Source: Antedon mediterranea (Eukaryota; Animalia; Echinodermata). Taken from it: 64,000 nt of DNA. How positions within the stretch are numbered: the first letter of the stretch is position 1; every line of letters starts with the position of its first letter. The notes below the pieces were generated by a model. It did not search any database and was not told the DNA's origin. It was given only the letters and a program-made list of their open reading frames with translations. The DNA is taken from NCBI RefSeq assembly GCF_964355755.1, contig NC_092680.1, forward strand, positions 16,253,045 through 16,317,044, written 5' to 3'. Shown here one piece after another: positions 47,374 through 61,460 of this stretch. The position numbers and the translations under genes were made by a program.

Positions 47374-48391
47374 TATAGTATAGTGTGGGGGTGGGTGGGG
47401 GGGGGAATAAAATAACGAAACGGTCGCTATGTAATTAGGCCTCTACAGAATACTCCACTCTAAAATAAAAATGAAAATCGGCCAATTACTTTTTGAGTAA
47501 CTACTGCTAGAATTATAGAAAGTAAAAAATTCCTGCTAAAAATATAGAAAGATTACAGATACACAAAACTACATTATAACCTCTCGACAGTCTGGCGATT
47601 ATTGTAAAGATTGTGCAAATTAGACATAAATAGAGGGTGAGCTCGCTTCGCTCGCTCCCCCTCTAGGAAGTGTAGACGATGGTTCTCGGAATGATAATGT
47701 TCTCCTTATACGTTTTCTGTCGGTTACCATTATTGAAAATGCTTGACATTCGTAAAACTAAACTACTTTGTATCACAGTGTTTTAGATGATTAATAACAT
47801 TTTAAAGTATAGTTTTTATTGTTTGGTAGGGCCCTTTGGGGAGGCGGAGGTCATTTGAGGGAGGTGCTTATTCGAGGGATATGTGTTAAATTTTTTAGTT
47901 TTAATAATATGGTAACATTTAGGCCTATAATCAAATGAAATCCTCTAATAGATATGAAAAGTGCTAAAAAAGAATAACAAATGCTTGGTAAATTGTAGAT
48001 AACAGTGCGGTGAATTCTACTACAAATAGTATAATTATGTTATTATAAATATGTGGATGGACGTTTATTAGATAGTTGGGTTGGGGAGGGGGGGGGGGAG
48101 GGTTTATTATTCAAAGTGATGTTTTATTTGAGAGGCGTTTATTCAAATGAATACCATCCTAATAATTATTAATACATTATTTAATTTAATCATCTTTTGA
48201 AACTAACTGCCGTGACAGAGTGGGCCCAAGAAAGAAGACATTACGGCTTGCAACATGGGCAGACATCTTGGTCCTAATGGGACACAGGAAGATAGCCTAC
48301 AGTTATTCCTGCAAGCTTACTCAATAAAACTCAGCTATCGGGGCAGTATAATTCCTATTATTTAACTACTGTACCTTCAAACACGCGCGGT

Positions 48392-48857
48392 ATCTATATA
48401 TAAATTATGGTTAATTCTGACATAATTATGTTTCGTCTTCCAAAGGGACACTGTATTGATTGATGGAAAGTGCCTGTTTCCAGTCACCTTTAGGGTCAAA
48501 TCTATTATTTTAACTGCTCCCTTGTGTTTAAAAGAGAGAAAATATTTGAAACTAAGGTTGTTGCAAGGTGAACTTATCTTAAACCCGGAAATTACTTTGA
48601 CCGGGAAGAATTGAAATTGAGAGGAAAATCTAATGTTGAAATCATAAATGTTGTTAAAAAACTCTTTATAATATCTTCCTAAGATATAAATATGGAACAA
48701 TAGCGTCGGCGTGAACACGTGTACACTAATGTTATCAAATCTACGTTTCGCGGTACATCTCATGATAGATAAGGTAGGTATCCAAGGCGGAGATTTGTAC
48801 CGAAGTTTTTGCATTGTGCTCGCCTATGTCAGAATTAACCATAATTTATATATAGAT
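48392..48857. repeat. Perfect 33 bp inverted repeat enclosing ~400 bp
   Basis: ATCTATATATAAATTATGGTTAATTCTGACATA (48392-48424) and its reverse complement (48825-48857). Confidence 0.85.
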
Positions 48858-49515
48858 GTGTGTTTTGTGCATTTGATTGCATGTTTTTACAAACATGTGT
48901 TGGTAGTAAAATATATTATATGAAGACTTACGAACATTATTTCAATTCAATTTATTATCAACTTTATTAATACATCAAAATAAATTTGATCAAATTATAA
49001 CACCAAAAAGGTAATTAGCAACATAACAAACAAAATACACAATCAGAACTTTAAAAAACAATTAATTGTGTCTCCTAATAAAGGCGAAGTTAACATAATT
49101 TGATATCAGGCAAAGTAGGCCTAATATCAAAATTATGCGCGCTCATAAGAAAAAATGAATCATTGTCATTCATTTTTAAATAGCTCTCCTCTTTCTTTGC
49201 TATTCAATCATAACGAAAATCTTAATAAAATGATCATTATTTTTTTAATTAAAAAATGAAATTCACACATATAATTGATGTCCATCCATACTTGTATGGA
49301 AATAGAAATGTTGTAAATAGTATTGTATGATGTTATTATTCAAACGGATGAAATATCACTAATAAACATTTTTTTTAAAGTATAAATTAATTAGGTCTAC
49401 TACCAGAGCCATATATATGGCTGTCTACTACCATGCGAGGGCGCCATTAAAACCGTCTGTGGGCAGCCATCCGGAACTGCAATAATACAGTAACTTTTTT
49501 GTCGACGTGGTCATA

Positions 49516-51169
49516 CATAGTTGCCATTTCTGGCATTATTATGCTTTTTGGCATTATTTGGAGGCCCACGGCATCTGGCATAATGCCGCGGCATTATTTA
49601 GCCGTTTTTAGCATAATCTGGCATAATTTTGTGTTTTTTGAACAACCAAAAAAATAATATACCACAGAACAAAAATAAAATATTTTGTTAATACATATCA
49701 CCTTACACAATATCATATCGTAAAAAAACAGATCTGTTCGGGTTTTCCGTACAATAGTTCTTCCATCCTTTCGTTTCGGACTTCATCGACTCTTCGGATA
49801 GGAAGGCTGCTCGAAAACTACCGTGTGTGCGATATAGGCAGCACAACAAATCCGAAGAGGCTAGCTATTGGCCAATTATGTTGCTCTATTTCAGAGACCA
49901 TGCGGGTTATTGGATCCCCAGATATAGAGACAATTGAACGAAAACATTATGAAAGGGGTTTTGTTTTTTCAGTTCATAATTATAAGCGGCCACACCCCTA
50001 CCCCAACCCTTAAAATGGCAATTTCCGGTAACTAGAAGCTCTAATTTTAAAAAGAATTTCTTCTAGAGAATTTGTTTTCCATATTTCAAATTATGTTCCA
50101 TTTGCATCGTCGTAGCAACCCTATATTTCAAAATGTTCTTCACCTCTCAGTGACCATGATGGGGCGAGGTCCTAGGGACTCTTATACATTTTTATTTAAA
50201 ATTAAGTGCAATTTCCGGCCATCTAGCAGCTCTATTTTTCCAATTTGTTTTACCTCAGCCCCAACCATGGTGGGGCTGAGGTCCTCGAAACACTTAATAT
50301 ATATTTTTATTTCCTATTTTAAATTATAATTGGCACTTTCAAAACTATCATGGGCTAAGATCCTAGAGGTACTGATAAATATATTTTTATTTCACATTTG
50401 AAATTAAGTGCCATTTCCGGCCATTGAGTGAGCAGCTCTATTTTTTTCATATTTTCTTACCTCAGCCCCAACCATGGTGGGGTTGAGGTCCTGGAGACAC
50501 AATTAATATATATTTTGATTTCCTATTTTAAATTATAATTGCCATTTTCGAACTATGGTGGGCTAAGATCATGGAGACACTAATAAATATATTTTGATTT
50601 CATATTTTAAATTAAGTGCCATTTCCGGCCATCGAGTAGGTATTTTTTTCCAAATTTTCTTATCAACCATGATGGGGCTGAGGTCCTGGAGACACTCAAA
50701 ATAATTTTTTTTATTTCCTATTTTAAATTATAATTGCTATTTTCTAATTATGGTGGGCTAAGATCCTTTCATATTTGAAATTAAGTGCAAAGATCCCGGC
50801 CATCGAGCAGCTCTCATATTTCAGTTCAAAAATTATAAATTTCCATGGCTGTGTAACAGGTTTTTTTTTTTGGGGTGGGGGAGGGGGGTGGGGGTTGGTG
50901 TTGGTGTCATTTGCAATTACCATTTTCGCACCCCAGATATTTAGAATTATTAGTTATTACTCACAAAACTAAAAATATAAATTTTGTACGACATGGGGAT
51001 ACAATTTTAGGCCCTATTTTGTGTCAGTTGGGGTTTTACAAACGTTTATTTAAAACCGTTGGTGGCGCTGTTTAGGGCCACATTTTGGGGATCTGGCATT
51101 ATTTTTCCCAATCTGGCATTATTTGAGACAGGATACGGCATAATTTAAATTTTATCGCTGGCAACGCTG
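49516..51169. mobile_element. Non-autonomous hAT element with internal ~190 bp tandem repeats
   Basis: 8 bp TSD TGGTCATA (49508-49515 and 51170-51177), imperfect TIR CATAGTTGCCA ... TGGCAACGCTG, subterminal GGCAT(T/A)AT repeats, and an internal array at ~50130-50810. Confidence 0.85.
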
Positions 51170-51269
51170 TGGTCATATCATGTCTAGGGCCTAGTGTCCG
51201 TGTCTTATCCTTTGTGGGCTGGTTTAGGCTAAAGGGGATCTAGGTAGGCCTAGGCCTAACAAAATTACG

Positions 51270-54200
51270 ATGGCAGATACAATGGACTCTTACTTGAATC
51301 TACTGGCAAATGTCACGATCTTGTGTACAGTAGCCATGTTTGCTGCAGGAATGTAAGGACATTTATATAAATGATCAATAATAATAATATATTAATAGCC
51401 TCAGCTAGGCCTAAACTACTACTAGAGGCCAGGCCTACGTCTTACTCTAGCCTAGTCTTAGTTTTAGGGGCTAGGGCCTAGTACTACTAGCCTCTAGGGC
51501 TAGGCCCTAGTAGTAGGAAGGAGGCCTGGGTCTAGTAGTAGTAGCCTAGCTAGAGATTAGGCCTACCTAGACTAGAAGAGTGTTGACAAAGTGCGAGGCA
51601 GCGAGGCATGCCAAATATTTGTGCGAGGCATCATTTTATCATTTCCAAAAGTGCGAGGCATATAGTTTACAATTTCAAAAAGGTGCGAGGCATATCTTAA
51701 CGTGCTATTATGCTATATTATAGGCCTAATAATCAATCGATACAAGCGTATCTAAATAGATTCGTGTATACACTCATCATGTTGTTTATTTTATTTTACT
51801 CACATGTCTCTCGAACATAGCAGAGTGAAAATAATATTTTGTCACACCCCTGCGCCTAGATCCGGTAGACCCGAGAGATGGAAAATCCCTCTTTACTATT
51901 TAGCAGGTAGCGGAATGATTCAGCCCTCAGCTCAGAGGATTGTGGTGCATTCCCCTCCTATAGCACGTGGTTTCAGCAGCAACGCACAGACTTCTCTCTG
52001 AGCGGCGTGCCAAAGACATTTTTGACATTCCATTCTCTAGGAACAACACGTGTACCTCTCTCGCAAATAAGGTGAACAGCGATTGCCAGGACAAGTTCAA
52101 TAACTGGCGGTGAATAAAAGGTAACTGATATGCCGATCCAATAACATGCCGCAAAGAAAAAAATTGCGACAGAATTCTGGAGCGCGTGTGAAAAAAGACT
52201 TGTAATACTAGGCCTAAAATTAAACTTTAGCTAATATGCTTAGCCCTAACCTAGATAAGAGGCCTATGTAGAAAATAATTTAATCAATTTTGATAAAATA
52301 ATAATTGGTGTAATATTTAATAATGATACACTATTCCTGTTTTAGTAAGCTAGGTATATTACGAACGATTTTTATTTATTGTTGTCCATGTACGTACTAA
52401 TAAACCTGGCGCTAGTTTCCTTCGCTTGTATTTTTACTCCAAATTTGATAATCATTACTAACTTTATCGTGTGAATACCACACCTTAGAAGTATACCTCA
52501 TGAGTACTTTAATGAAAGAATCACATAAAAAGTAACAAATAAATCCTTAAATTAATGATTTTACAGGCGTGTTTCTCGCACACTGTTCGCGAATTTCACT
52601 TGTTCAATGTTCAATATTTTTGTTTCTATGGAGCGCCAAAGAGCAACGATAATAGAGGACTAAAACTCAGTGGAATGCGTCAATTTCTCATGCATTTATT
52701 GGTGAAAAACACGTTTTATTTCAATATATTTGTTAATTTGTCAATAAAAATGTTGTAATATGTTACTGCTGATACTGTTCTGTTTTCAAAGAATAATAAT
52801 CGATCCTAAATCAACATCACTACCTAGTCTAGACTTAGGACATCCTACTAAGGATATTATGATGAATTTTTCTATTTTATTCTTTAAAAGGTTAACGAAA
52901 CCGTGTACATTATCAACAGTAACATTTTTCCTTACTGACAGTGACAAAATCTATTGAAATTGTACTTGATTTTCACCAAATAATGCGTTAAATATAAATG
53001 GATTCCACAGAGTTTTTAGCCCTCTAATTAATTTTGCTCTTTTGGCGTTCCATAGAAACCAAAATATTGAACATTGAGTGTGCAAAATGCGAGAAAAACA
53101 ACGTCTGTAAAATCACCAATTTAATGGATTTATTGTTACTTTTATGTGATTTTTCTTCATTAAAATAGGCCTACTAATTCTAAGCTGTGGTATTCAGGAT
53201 AAAGTTGGTTAAAATACAAGGCAGGTGCAAAAGGAAACTAGCCTAGCGGGCCTAGGCCTAGGCTACTTCAATTTCGGTGATTTCCTGCCTTGCAATTTTG
53301 AGAAATGATAAAATGATGCCTCGCATTTTTTGATGATGGTAAAACGATGCCTCGCATAAATTTCTGACTTGCCTCGCATGCCTTCCCTGCCTCGCGTGCC
53401 TCGCTGCCTCGCACTTTGTTACTACCCATCAAATAACATGCCGCAAAGAAAAAAATTGCGACAGAATTCTGGAGCGCGTGTGAAAAAAGACTTACGTCCG
53501 ACAATTGTAATACTAGGCCTAAAATTAAACTTTAGCTAATATGCTTAGCCCTAACCTAGATAAGAGGCCTATGTAGAAAATAATTTAATCAATTTTGATA
53601 AAATAATAATTGGTGTAATATTTAATAATGATACACTATTCCTGTTTTAGTAAGCTAGGTATATTACGAACGATTTTTATTTATTGTTGTCCATGTACGT
53701 ACTAATAAACCTGGCGCTAGTTTCCTTCGCTTGTATTTTTACTCCAAATTTGATAACTAACTTTATCGTGTGAATACCACACCTTAGAAGTATACCTCAT
53801 ACTTTAATGAAAGAATCACATAAAAAGTAACAAATAAATTCTTAAATTAATGATTTTACATGCGTGTTTCTCGCACACTGTTCGCGAATTTCACTTATTC
53901 AATGTTCAATATTTTGTTTCTATGGAGCGCCAAAAGAGCAACGATAATAGAGGACTAAAACTCAGTGGAATGCGTCAATTTCTCATGCATTTATTGGTGA
54001 AAAACACGTTTTATTTCAATATATTTGTTAATTTGTCAATAAAAATGTTGTAATATGTTACTGCTGATACTGTTCTGTTTTCAAAGAATAATAATCGATC
54101 CTAAATCAACATCACTACCTAGTCTAGACCTAGGACATCCTACTAAGGATATTATGATGAATTTTTCTATTTTATTCTTTAAAAGGTTAACGAAACCGTG

Positions 54201-57200
54201 TACATTATCAACAGTAACATTTTTCCTTATTTTCACCAAATAATGCGTTAAATATAAATGGATTCCACAGAGTTTTTAGCCCTCTAATTAATTTTGCTCT
54301 TTTGGCGTTCCATAGAAACCAAATTATTGAACATTGAGTGTGCGAAATGCGAGAAAAACAACGTCTGTAAAATCACCAATTTAATGGATTTATTGTTACT
54401 TTTATGTGATTTTTCTTCATTAAAGTAGGCCTACTAATTCTAAGCTGTGGTATTCAGGATAAAGTTGGTTAAAATACAAGGCAGGTGCAAAAGGAAACTA
54501 GCCTAGCGGGCCTAGGCTAAGGCCTAGGCTACTTCAATTTCGGTGATTTCCTGCCTTGCAATTTTGAGAAATGATAAAAAGATGCCTCGCATAAATTTCT
54601 GACTTGCCTCGCATGCCTTCCCTGCCTCGCGTGCCTCGCTGCCTCGCACTTTGTTACTACCCGCTAGACCCCATGGTCTATAGGCCTACTGTAGCTCTTC
54701 TAGTCTAGGCATATTATTATATTATATGGCTATGCGATACTATATTATAGTATAATCTACCTTATCTAGGCTCTAGATAGATTATAGTATCGCATACTAG
54801 ATTACTAGTAGAGCCGAGCTAGGTCCTCGCTAGGCTCTACTAAGACTAAGAGCCTAGGCTAGGTAGATTATTATAGGCTAGCCTAGGCCTACCCTAGTAC
54901 TCCTAGTTAGGATATTTATTTTCCGTCACATTCAACACTAACAGGGTTCTAAATGAGAATGGATAGATAATGTATTTCTTTAAAAAAAATGTATTTTATT
55001 TTATTTATTTATAAGTTGAACAGGGCTGTCGAGGTAAAGCAAAAGTTTAAAAAACTGGCATTAAAAGATGTGCTAACCAAACCTTTAAAATTATGACAAC
55101 TGCACAAGCCAAGTGATACTATATAACAGTGCTCCCTTTCCTAAAGCCTACTTCTAAAATCCTATATTTACCACTCACTGGTAACCTTAAATCTGTACTG
55201 TACAATACAATATAATTACCAGTTATATTTTTTTTTCAGCCCATCATGTTTAGCCATTTTCAAAACTGGAAGTACACAGAATGTTCCTTACCTCCCATTT
55301 TTGATGACTTTAGTAAAGTAAGTATCTTCATTCATTCATTGTTTTGGTTTTATTTTTATATGAATTTTAAATTCATCCAAATCAACATTTTTACAAAATA
55401 AGAATATTATGATATATATTGGTAATTTAATTTTGTTTTCAGCAATATTTTGTGGTTCTACTATGGTATATTAAAGAACGATTCAACACTCCTAGTAGTA
55501 AATGGCATTGGTGGATGTTTACAAATTATTTACATTGCAGTGTACCTGTATTTTGCTCTGAGCAGAGTAAGTAAACTTCTCTAAACTAAAAAGTGCAGAA
55601 CTTCATGTATTGTGCCATAACTTTTGCATTATATAATTTGCAGATCTGCTAATTATGACTTATTATAATTGAAGTAGATTGTCTTTCAGCTTAAGTCTAT
55701 GAACAAAGGAAACAATCGAGACAATCCTGGTTTCAAGAATCAAATTTGGTTTGCAAAAAATATCTTAAATGTCAATGATTTTGTCAGTTTCCAAAATAAC
55801 CTACGGAAATATGTTTTGTCATAAATCTTTGATGACAAATCTTTTTTTTTGTTGATAGATAAGTCTTTCATCTAAGCACTTTTTGATATCAAATTATTTA
55901 AAGCTCTGTCTACACTATCAAACTAGTTTTATGTGCCAAAATATGGTAGTGAAATGCCCAAATATGGTATGAATTTGAGAACACTGACTGACACTCCAGT
56001 TTACTTTACCTTTTTGCTATAATTGATGTTGTTGCTTAACCTTGTCTTACAGGTAAAAGAGATGCGCCAGTCACTATTTGCAATGTGTTTTATGTCGGCT
56101 CTGTGGTTTCTGCTACAAAACTATGTCGTTGAACCAAAGATAATTGAGGATCGTCTTGGGTTGACAGCCAGTACTATAACTGTACTCATGTATGCCTCAC
56201 CGCTTGCAGAAATTGTAAGATTTGTTATCAATTCCTCTAGATAATTGCTATTGTATTATTCTACAGTATTCCACTGCTGTTTACAGTCGGTACCTGCATC
56301 CCAGGTGTTATGTGTCCTTTGGTGCTTTTCCAGAGTTTGAAGAACGGATTGAATTTGACTGTTCAACACCAGAGTTAATTGTTTAAAACTTCAGTGTCCA
56401 ATGATTTATTATATATATGTCGATATCTTTATTTCAATTTCAAAAAACATCAAAACGATTCAAAGGGAAAAGATGGAGGATTTGTAAAAGGCCTTCAATT
56501 TATTAAAACCATCAATTACAAACAATTTAAAAAAATCTACCAAAAAAAAAACATCAAAAGAAGCAGCTAATTTGAAAAATTTTCGCAATGAGTGACGGTG
56601 GAAGTAAATAGTGAAAAGCCAAGAGAATCAAAAGATGGGATGAAACGATTAAGAATTGAACACTACTTTATGGTTCTTGTAGAAATACTGAGAGAAAACA
56701 TCTCAATATCTAATGTATAATTACATAATTTAAGGAGATTTTATTTTACATTTTTACTTACTTAGGCTGAGGTTATTAGAAGGAAAAATAGCGCTAGTAT
56801 ATCTCTAGCATTAACAATCACATCATTAGCTACATCAACTCTATGGTTTCTTTACGGGTTATTGATAAGTGACCTTTATATTCAGGTGAGTATCAAATAT
56901 TACAAATCTAACCATAAAATATCCTTATGGCACTAGCCTATAGCCAACACTTCAAAGTTTGATATACACTCCATGTTCTATGTTAATTAAATCTCACACA
57001 CTGGATATGAATTTGTGTTTAATTCAATTCCTTCCGTTATTCAAGTTTCACAAATTAAACATCATGGTTTATCCTCATTTCATTCAATCAATTTTTGCTT
57101 TATTAATTCAACAAAATTACATTATGGTTATTTTTTTTAATTTTCTTTTTGCATTTTTTTTGGGAACAGAATAATTTTCGAATAAAATGAATGGTCATTG

Positions 57201-57397
57201 TATGCATTACATTTTACATGCATTCTTTTAACATACTGTAGCATGGTGATCTTTTAGAGTTCTTTGTTCTATATTTTGTATTCATTTTCTTCTGACAGGT
57301 TCCAAATTTTCTAGGCATCCCAAGCTGCTTAATAAGACTGGTTTTGATTTACAAGTACACAGGTTCTACTAACCAGTATGTGGCTAACTTGTCTTAA
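51270..57397 (+). CDS. SLC50A1: Sugar transporter SWEET1 (isoform using the proximal last exon)
   Basis: Exons 51270-51352, 55240-55317, 55443-55566, 56053-56214, 56766-56885, 57299-57397. MtN3/saliva motifs GSTQNVPYLPF, LWFYYG, VVNGIG, MYASPL, LWFLYG and QVPNFLG. Confidence 0.93.
51579..54662. mobile_element. TIR element with GCGAGGCA subterminal repeats, a nested foldback element and an internal ~1.25 kb tandem duplication
   Basis: Left end ACAAAGTGCGAGGCAGCGAGGCA. The right end TGCCTCGCTGCCTCGCACTTTGT is present twice (~53420, ~54655). Unit 52140-53427 is repeated at 53432-54662. Confidence 0.8.
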
Positions 57398-57916
57398 TAT
57401 TATTTCTTTTTACCATTAATATTGAATTTTGACAAAATTTAGAAAGAAAACTTAATGTCATATCAACATGATTACTTACTGCTAAAGAATTGTTACCCTA
57501 GTAGCACCCTAGTTATATAACCAGTACAGTACCAATGTCACTACCCACACAGTTACAATTCCAATACTGCCATCTACAGTGTTAACACTGCCACCACCCA
57601 AACTATACTGCATTACACCAGCTACAGACCATGCCATTACCAAGCTAAAACATTCTAGTACAGTGTCACTACCTACAAATCTACAGTGTAATCTATAGTG
57701 TCAACACTCCACCACCCTAAGTACACTGCTATTACCCCAGCAGCTACAGCACCAGTACACCAGCTAAAGAATTGTTACCCTAGTTACAATGCCAGTACAG
57801 TGTCACTACCCACAAATCTACAGTTCTACTACTGCCAAGTGTCAACACTGCCACCACCCAAACTACTGTACAGCGACATTGCTGAAACTACAGTGAGTAC
57901 ACTCCCCCAGCTAAAG

Positions 57917-58262
57917 TATCACCATTGGCGTACCCCAGCTATTGTATCACCATTGGCGTACCCCAGCTATTGTATCACCATTAGCGTACCCCAGCTATTG
58001 TATCACCATTACCGTACCCCAGCTATTGTATCACCATTACCGTACCCCAGCTATTGTATCACCATTACCGTACCCCAGCTATTGTATCACCATTACCGTA
58101 CCCCAGCTATTGTATCACCATTACCGTACCCCAGCTATTTTATCACCATTGGCGTACCCCAGCTATTGTATCACCATTACCATACCCCAGCTATTGTATC
58201 ACCATTACCGTACCCCAGCTATTGTATCACCATTGGCGTACCCCAGCTACGGTGTCACCATT
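57917..58262. repeat. 28 bp minisatellite (~12 copies)
   Basis: ATTGTATCACCATT(GG/AC)CGTACCCCAGCT repeated; this explains the three overlapping ORFs. Confidence 0.95.
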
Positions 58263-59167
58263 GTCCAAAGTTCAGTGCTGTATAAACACCCACAATGCCA
58301 CCACAGTACCACCACAGTACCACTATAGTACCATCTGCACTGTCAACAGTACCGCCACACCCAAGTCATCTCATTTATTTAGTCAGAACCATACAATAAA
58401 ATACAAAAGTACATAACAACTTAAATTTCAAAGTTGGCCAAGGAAGACAAACTAAATTACTGTAGCCTGCTGGCCAGGCAGTTCAAACTAAGAAATTCAA
58501 ACAATAAAACAGTACCCAAGTTACTCAGTAAGGTGTATCAGAAGTTGATATTTCAATTTGCTTTACTCTTGTGCATTCAAAAATTAATATATTACAGTAC
58601 TATTTATTTCATAATACCCTTCTTACAATACCTGACATAACATTTTCTTCACAAATCATCCTATACATTTTTATTTACTGTCATGATAATATGATCATCA
58701 TTTTAGCTAGATATTATCAAATTCTGGATTATGAATGATGATTGATTTCTTGGAATTAATGCATGTCTTTCGTATATAATTATAAAAAAGTTGAGGAAGA
58801 GTCATTGCACATGATACATGTATTAGAATTAATTTTTTAAGATTATCAAATCTTTACTCTTTACAGTATTTAATGTTTTTCAAAATCAAAATTCCAACTT
58901 TTAAGGATACTTCCGAGTTTCAATTTTCTATTGTTTATTATAATGTATAAAACTCTACAACATTTATTGTAACCCCAACATATTTTACAATAACTTTGAA
59001 GCAGAAGGAGCATCATGAAAAAAGTTGGTGATGCTCTACTTTTTTCTAGTGTTAAAAGATAAGAAATTTACCAAAATAAATATAAATATATAAATAAGTG
59101 GGCATTCTTACATTTTTGTTCAAGTATTTCTGTTTATTAAACAACATTTTTTCATTCATTTTTATAG

Positions 59168-59257
59168 ATACCAAACTTACCAGGCATAGTTTCATCAAGT
59201 ATTCGCTTGGTCATTTTACATTTGTATCCAAATGATCTGAAAGAGAAGATTTCTTAG
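59168..59257 (+). CDS. SLC50A1: Alternative (distal) last coding exon of SWEET1
   Basis: Acceptor TTTTTATAG, phase 0. Encodes IPNLPGIVSSSIRLVILHLYPNDLKEKIS*, a homolog of TM7 and the tail. Confidence 0.8.
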   Translation: MPNLPGIVSSSIRLVILHLYPNDLKEKIS

Positions 59258-60989
59258 GCACAAAACAGTGCTATTTCTATTTAGGAATTGTGCTCAAGAG
59301 TGATTGTATTTTTATTTTTTATGAGGCAATCTCTTGAAATAAAGTTCCTATTTTCGTATTTTTAAAACTATTTATTGAACTTAAAGTAAATACAAGTTAT
59401 ACAATTTAGTTAGTTTACACACAATTGAGACTGATAGAAAGATATTCCCCATCAGCCTAAGATGTTTTTTCTTAATGAATTTTCAGGCTTGAAACTAATG
59501 GAATAGAAAATATATTTTAAATTACAAAAGATGTACTGTATTGTACACCAAAAACATACAAATGAAGATTATTAAAATCAGACTTTGAATAGGCCATTTT
59601 GCAGTTTAAATAAAGTTATTCACTTCCGTAGTTAAAAATCAACAAATATAATGATTTCACTTATAAACCAAAATATATGGTTCATTGTCTTTTCGGATCC
59701 AATTTCTGGTCAATGTGAATAATTTTTAATTTTGTTCAACAAAGAAAAATAAGATAAAGTAATTTTCAAGGGATAGGGGAGGCAATTATCTAATAACTTC
59801 TGATGCTACAAACTTTTATTTTATTTACTCTCTATTTTTAAAACATATAAGAGTAAATACTGATATAATTACTATACTACTGATGAACCTTTTACTATGA
59901 GAATAAATATAATTGTTAATTGAAAACCCATTGACATTTTTTCTTTCTCCAACCCGGAGGTTGAGCTAATTTATATTTATTTTAATATCTTTGAAATGTC
60001 TAACCAGTTTGGATTGACGTATTATTATGCATTTATTTTCGACTACGCGGCCAATCTCTTACCAATTTATATGATGCAATATTGTGTCTACATCTATCCT
60101 AGATTATAAATTGTGAGTGAGTAAATTCTTGTCATTTTATTGGAGCAGTGGTTCTTGAAATAGAGGTGGGGTGTGGGGAGAAAATTGAAATTAGTGTCCT
60201 TTCTTTTGCAATACATTTAGCAAAATTTAGGGGGAATAACTTCCATTGAACTCAGATGCGGACCAGGGGTGTTGCCCACATATAGAAGGATCGGCCCTTG
60301 GGTTAATTGGGGAAAATCCATTAAAGATCATCTATTAAACTGAATACAAATGTATATCTTAGAACAATTTGCTCCTAGTTTGAATTCTCTCCGACCTTCT
60401 TCCGTTACTAGCGAAAGAGGTCAAAGGTCAAAATTGCTAAAAATAGGGTTCACGGTCAATTTTACAAAACAATTTCTCTTAGAGATAATATAAATATATA
60501 CATTGTGAACAATTTGACACCAAAATTATCTCACTACGTCCAGTATTTCCAGAGATATATAATGTTTTATGACAATAGTGGCAATTTTGTTTATGCTAAT
60601 TATGCAAATTGCTCAATAGGAGATGTATCTCTCTCCTGATGAGAGTAATTGATTGAAATCTATATTTATTGGTACTTAAAATAACTATTTTACCATTGAT
60701 AATTTATCGTATATTATGAAGTTTGCGGTATCAAGGAACAAAATATAGAAAACAAAGAACTAAAACATATTCTAATAATAATAATCAAGTTAAACAACAA
60801 AGAATAAGCAAAAAACAACGGACAATTTGGGAAATCAAAGATAACACGTACGTACGTACTATTATTATAAAGTTATTACGAACATGACTCTACATAGGAA
60901 TATTTGGACACAATGGCTTCTAATCCTTTCAAAGTCATAACTCTTTCAATATTAATTATAATAATGGCTCTGCTCGCGTGTCATCATGA

Positions 60990-61460
60990 GTACTGCCCTC
61001 AAACGGCGAAAATTAGTTAGTATTTTTTTGCAAATGTCCTTTTCATTATTGAGAATTACTTGTTAGATAATACGGACTTTGAGGGGGTAAATCTTATGTT
61101 TAAATTACGATCAAATACTGTCCCGCTTGAAGGTAGAATATTTAATTGGACACCAGAATAAATGGTTTGTGTAAACTTTGTAGTGATAATTGTAAAGAAA
61201 ATATCAGACACTTTTTATTTGAATGTCCTGCGTTCAATGAGATAAGGACCGATGAAAATACAAAGTTAAAGTTACAACTGCAATCATTTGATTATAATGA
61301 AAGTTGAGAGTTATTCATTAATGGGAACTCTGATGTTAAATTACATCTTACTCTGGGAAGTGATAATTATCTCTTCAGCAAGGAAGTTATGAATATTCTT
61401 GATAGGTTTTGTAAAGCATATGTTAAAGATTATGGAAAAAGCGCTCACAATTAATTAATC
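60990..61460 (+). mobile_element. Degenerate 3' end of a non-LTR retrotransposon ORF2
   Basis: Translates to FKLRSNTVPLE... and CKLCSDNCKENIRHFLFECP (61170-61229), a C-terminal CCHC zinc finger, interrupted by a stop and frameshift. Confidence 0.7.

Noticed and set aside
57698-58416. Three overlapping His/Pro/Tyr-rich ORFs
   Set aside because: Artefact of a stop-free 28 bp minisatellite.
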